This document shows positions 62,468 through 64,000 of a DNA stretch of 64,000 nt, piece by piece (position 1 is the stretch's first letter; the number at the start of each line of letters is the position of its first letter). Source of the DNA: an uncultured Thermoleophilia bacterium (GTDB lineage Bacteria; Actinomycetota; Thermoleophilia; Miltoncostaeales; Miltoncostaeaceae). The position numbers and the translations under genes were made by a program. Under the pieces are notes generated by a model, which worked only from the letters and a program-made list of their open reading frames with translations, ran no database searches and had not been told where the DNA came from. The stretch covers positions 724,541-788,540 of the forward strand of contig CAVXLZ010000001.1 of NCBI GenBank assembly GCA_963762825.1, read 5' to 3'.

Positions 62468-62581
62468 GCGCACGGCGAGCGCGCAGGGTACGACGAGGAT
62501 GGAAGGTCCGGCGCCGGGCGGTGCCGGCATCAGAGGCGCCCCGGCCGAGCGGCGCGGGGCAGACAAGGGATGTGAAGTGAC

Positions 62582-64000
<1,419 letters not shown>

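Overview
High-GC actinobacterial chromosomal segment. Gene content and order (mIHF, LytR_C, MoxR-DUF58-transglutaminase, NusA with a C-terminal Cys/His tail, many apparently leaderless genes) suggest class Thermoleophilia; this is an inference. Three zones. (1) 1-17.6 kb: 3' end of relA/spoT, metZ with an oxoprolinase/hydantoinase pair, an SDR, zinc-ribbon/SPOR proteins, a thioester-domain surface protein, a desaturase, a DivIVA-like protein, and an ion transporter with a CBS protein. (2) 17.6-34.9 kb: accessory region downstream of tRNA-Arg(CCG), with gene remnants, USP + CtpF-like ATPase, an orphan GAF/PAS kinase between 43-bp direct repeats, an IS110 relic, a His-rich RGPP-ending membrane ORF upstream of mbnP-mbnH, and a 3.15-kb integrase-less metal-efflux island bounded by a 41-bp tRNA duplication. 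(3) 34.9-64 kb: core genes rnz, pyrR-B-C-carAB, mIHF, gmk, coaBC, moxR operon, dtd, rimP-nusA-ylxR-infB-rbfA-truB-ribF, rpsO and pnp (partial). Several single-base frameshifts and recurrent Asp-to-Asn changes at GTCAAC sites suggest long-read consensus errors, so pseudogene calls need caution. Best candidate for a new system: a possible copper-responsive RGPP arrest-leader / MbnP / MbnH module in a monoderm bacterium. No CRISPR array or rRNA was seen. All family assignments come from motif recognition, not database searches.
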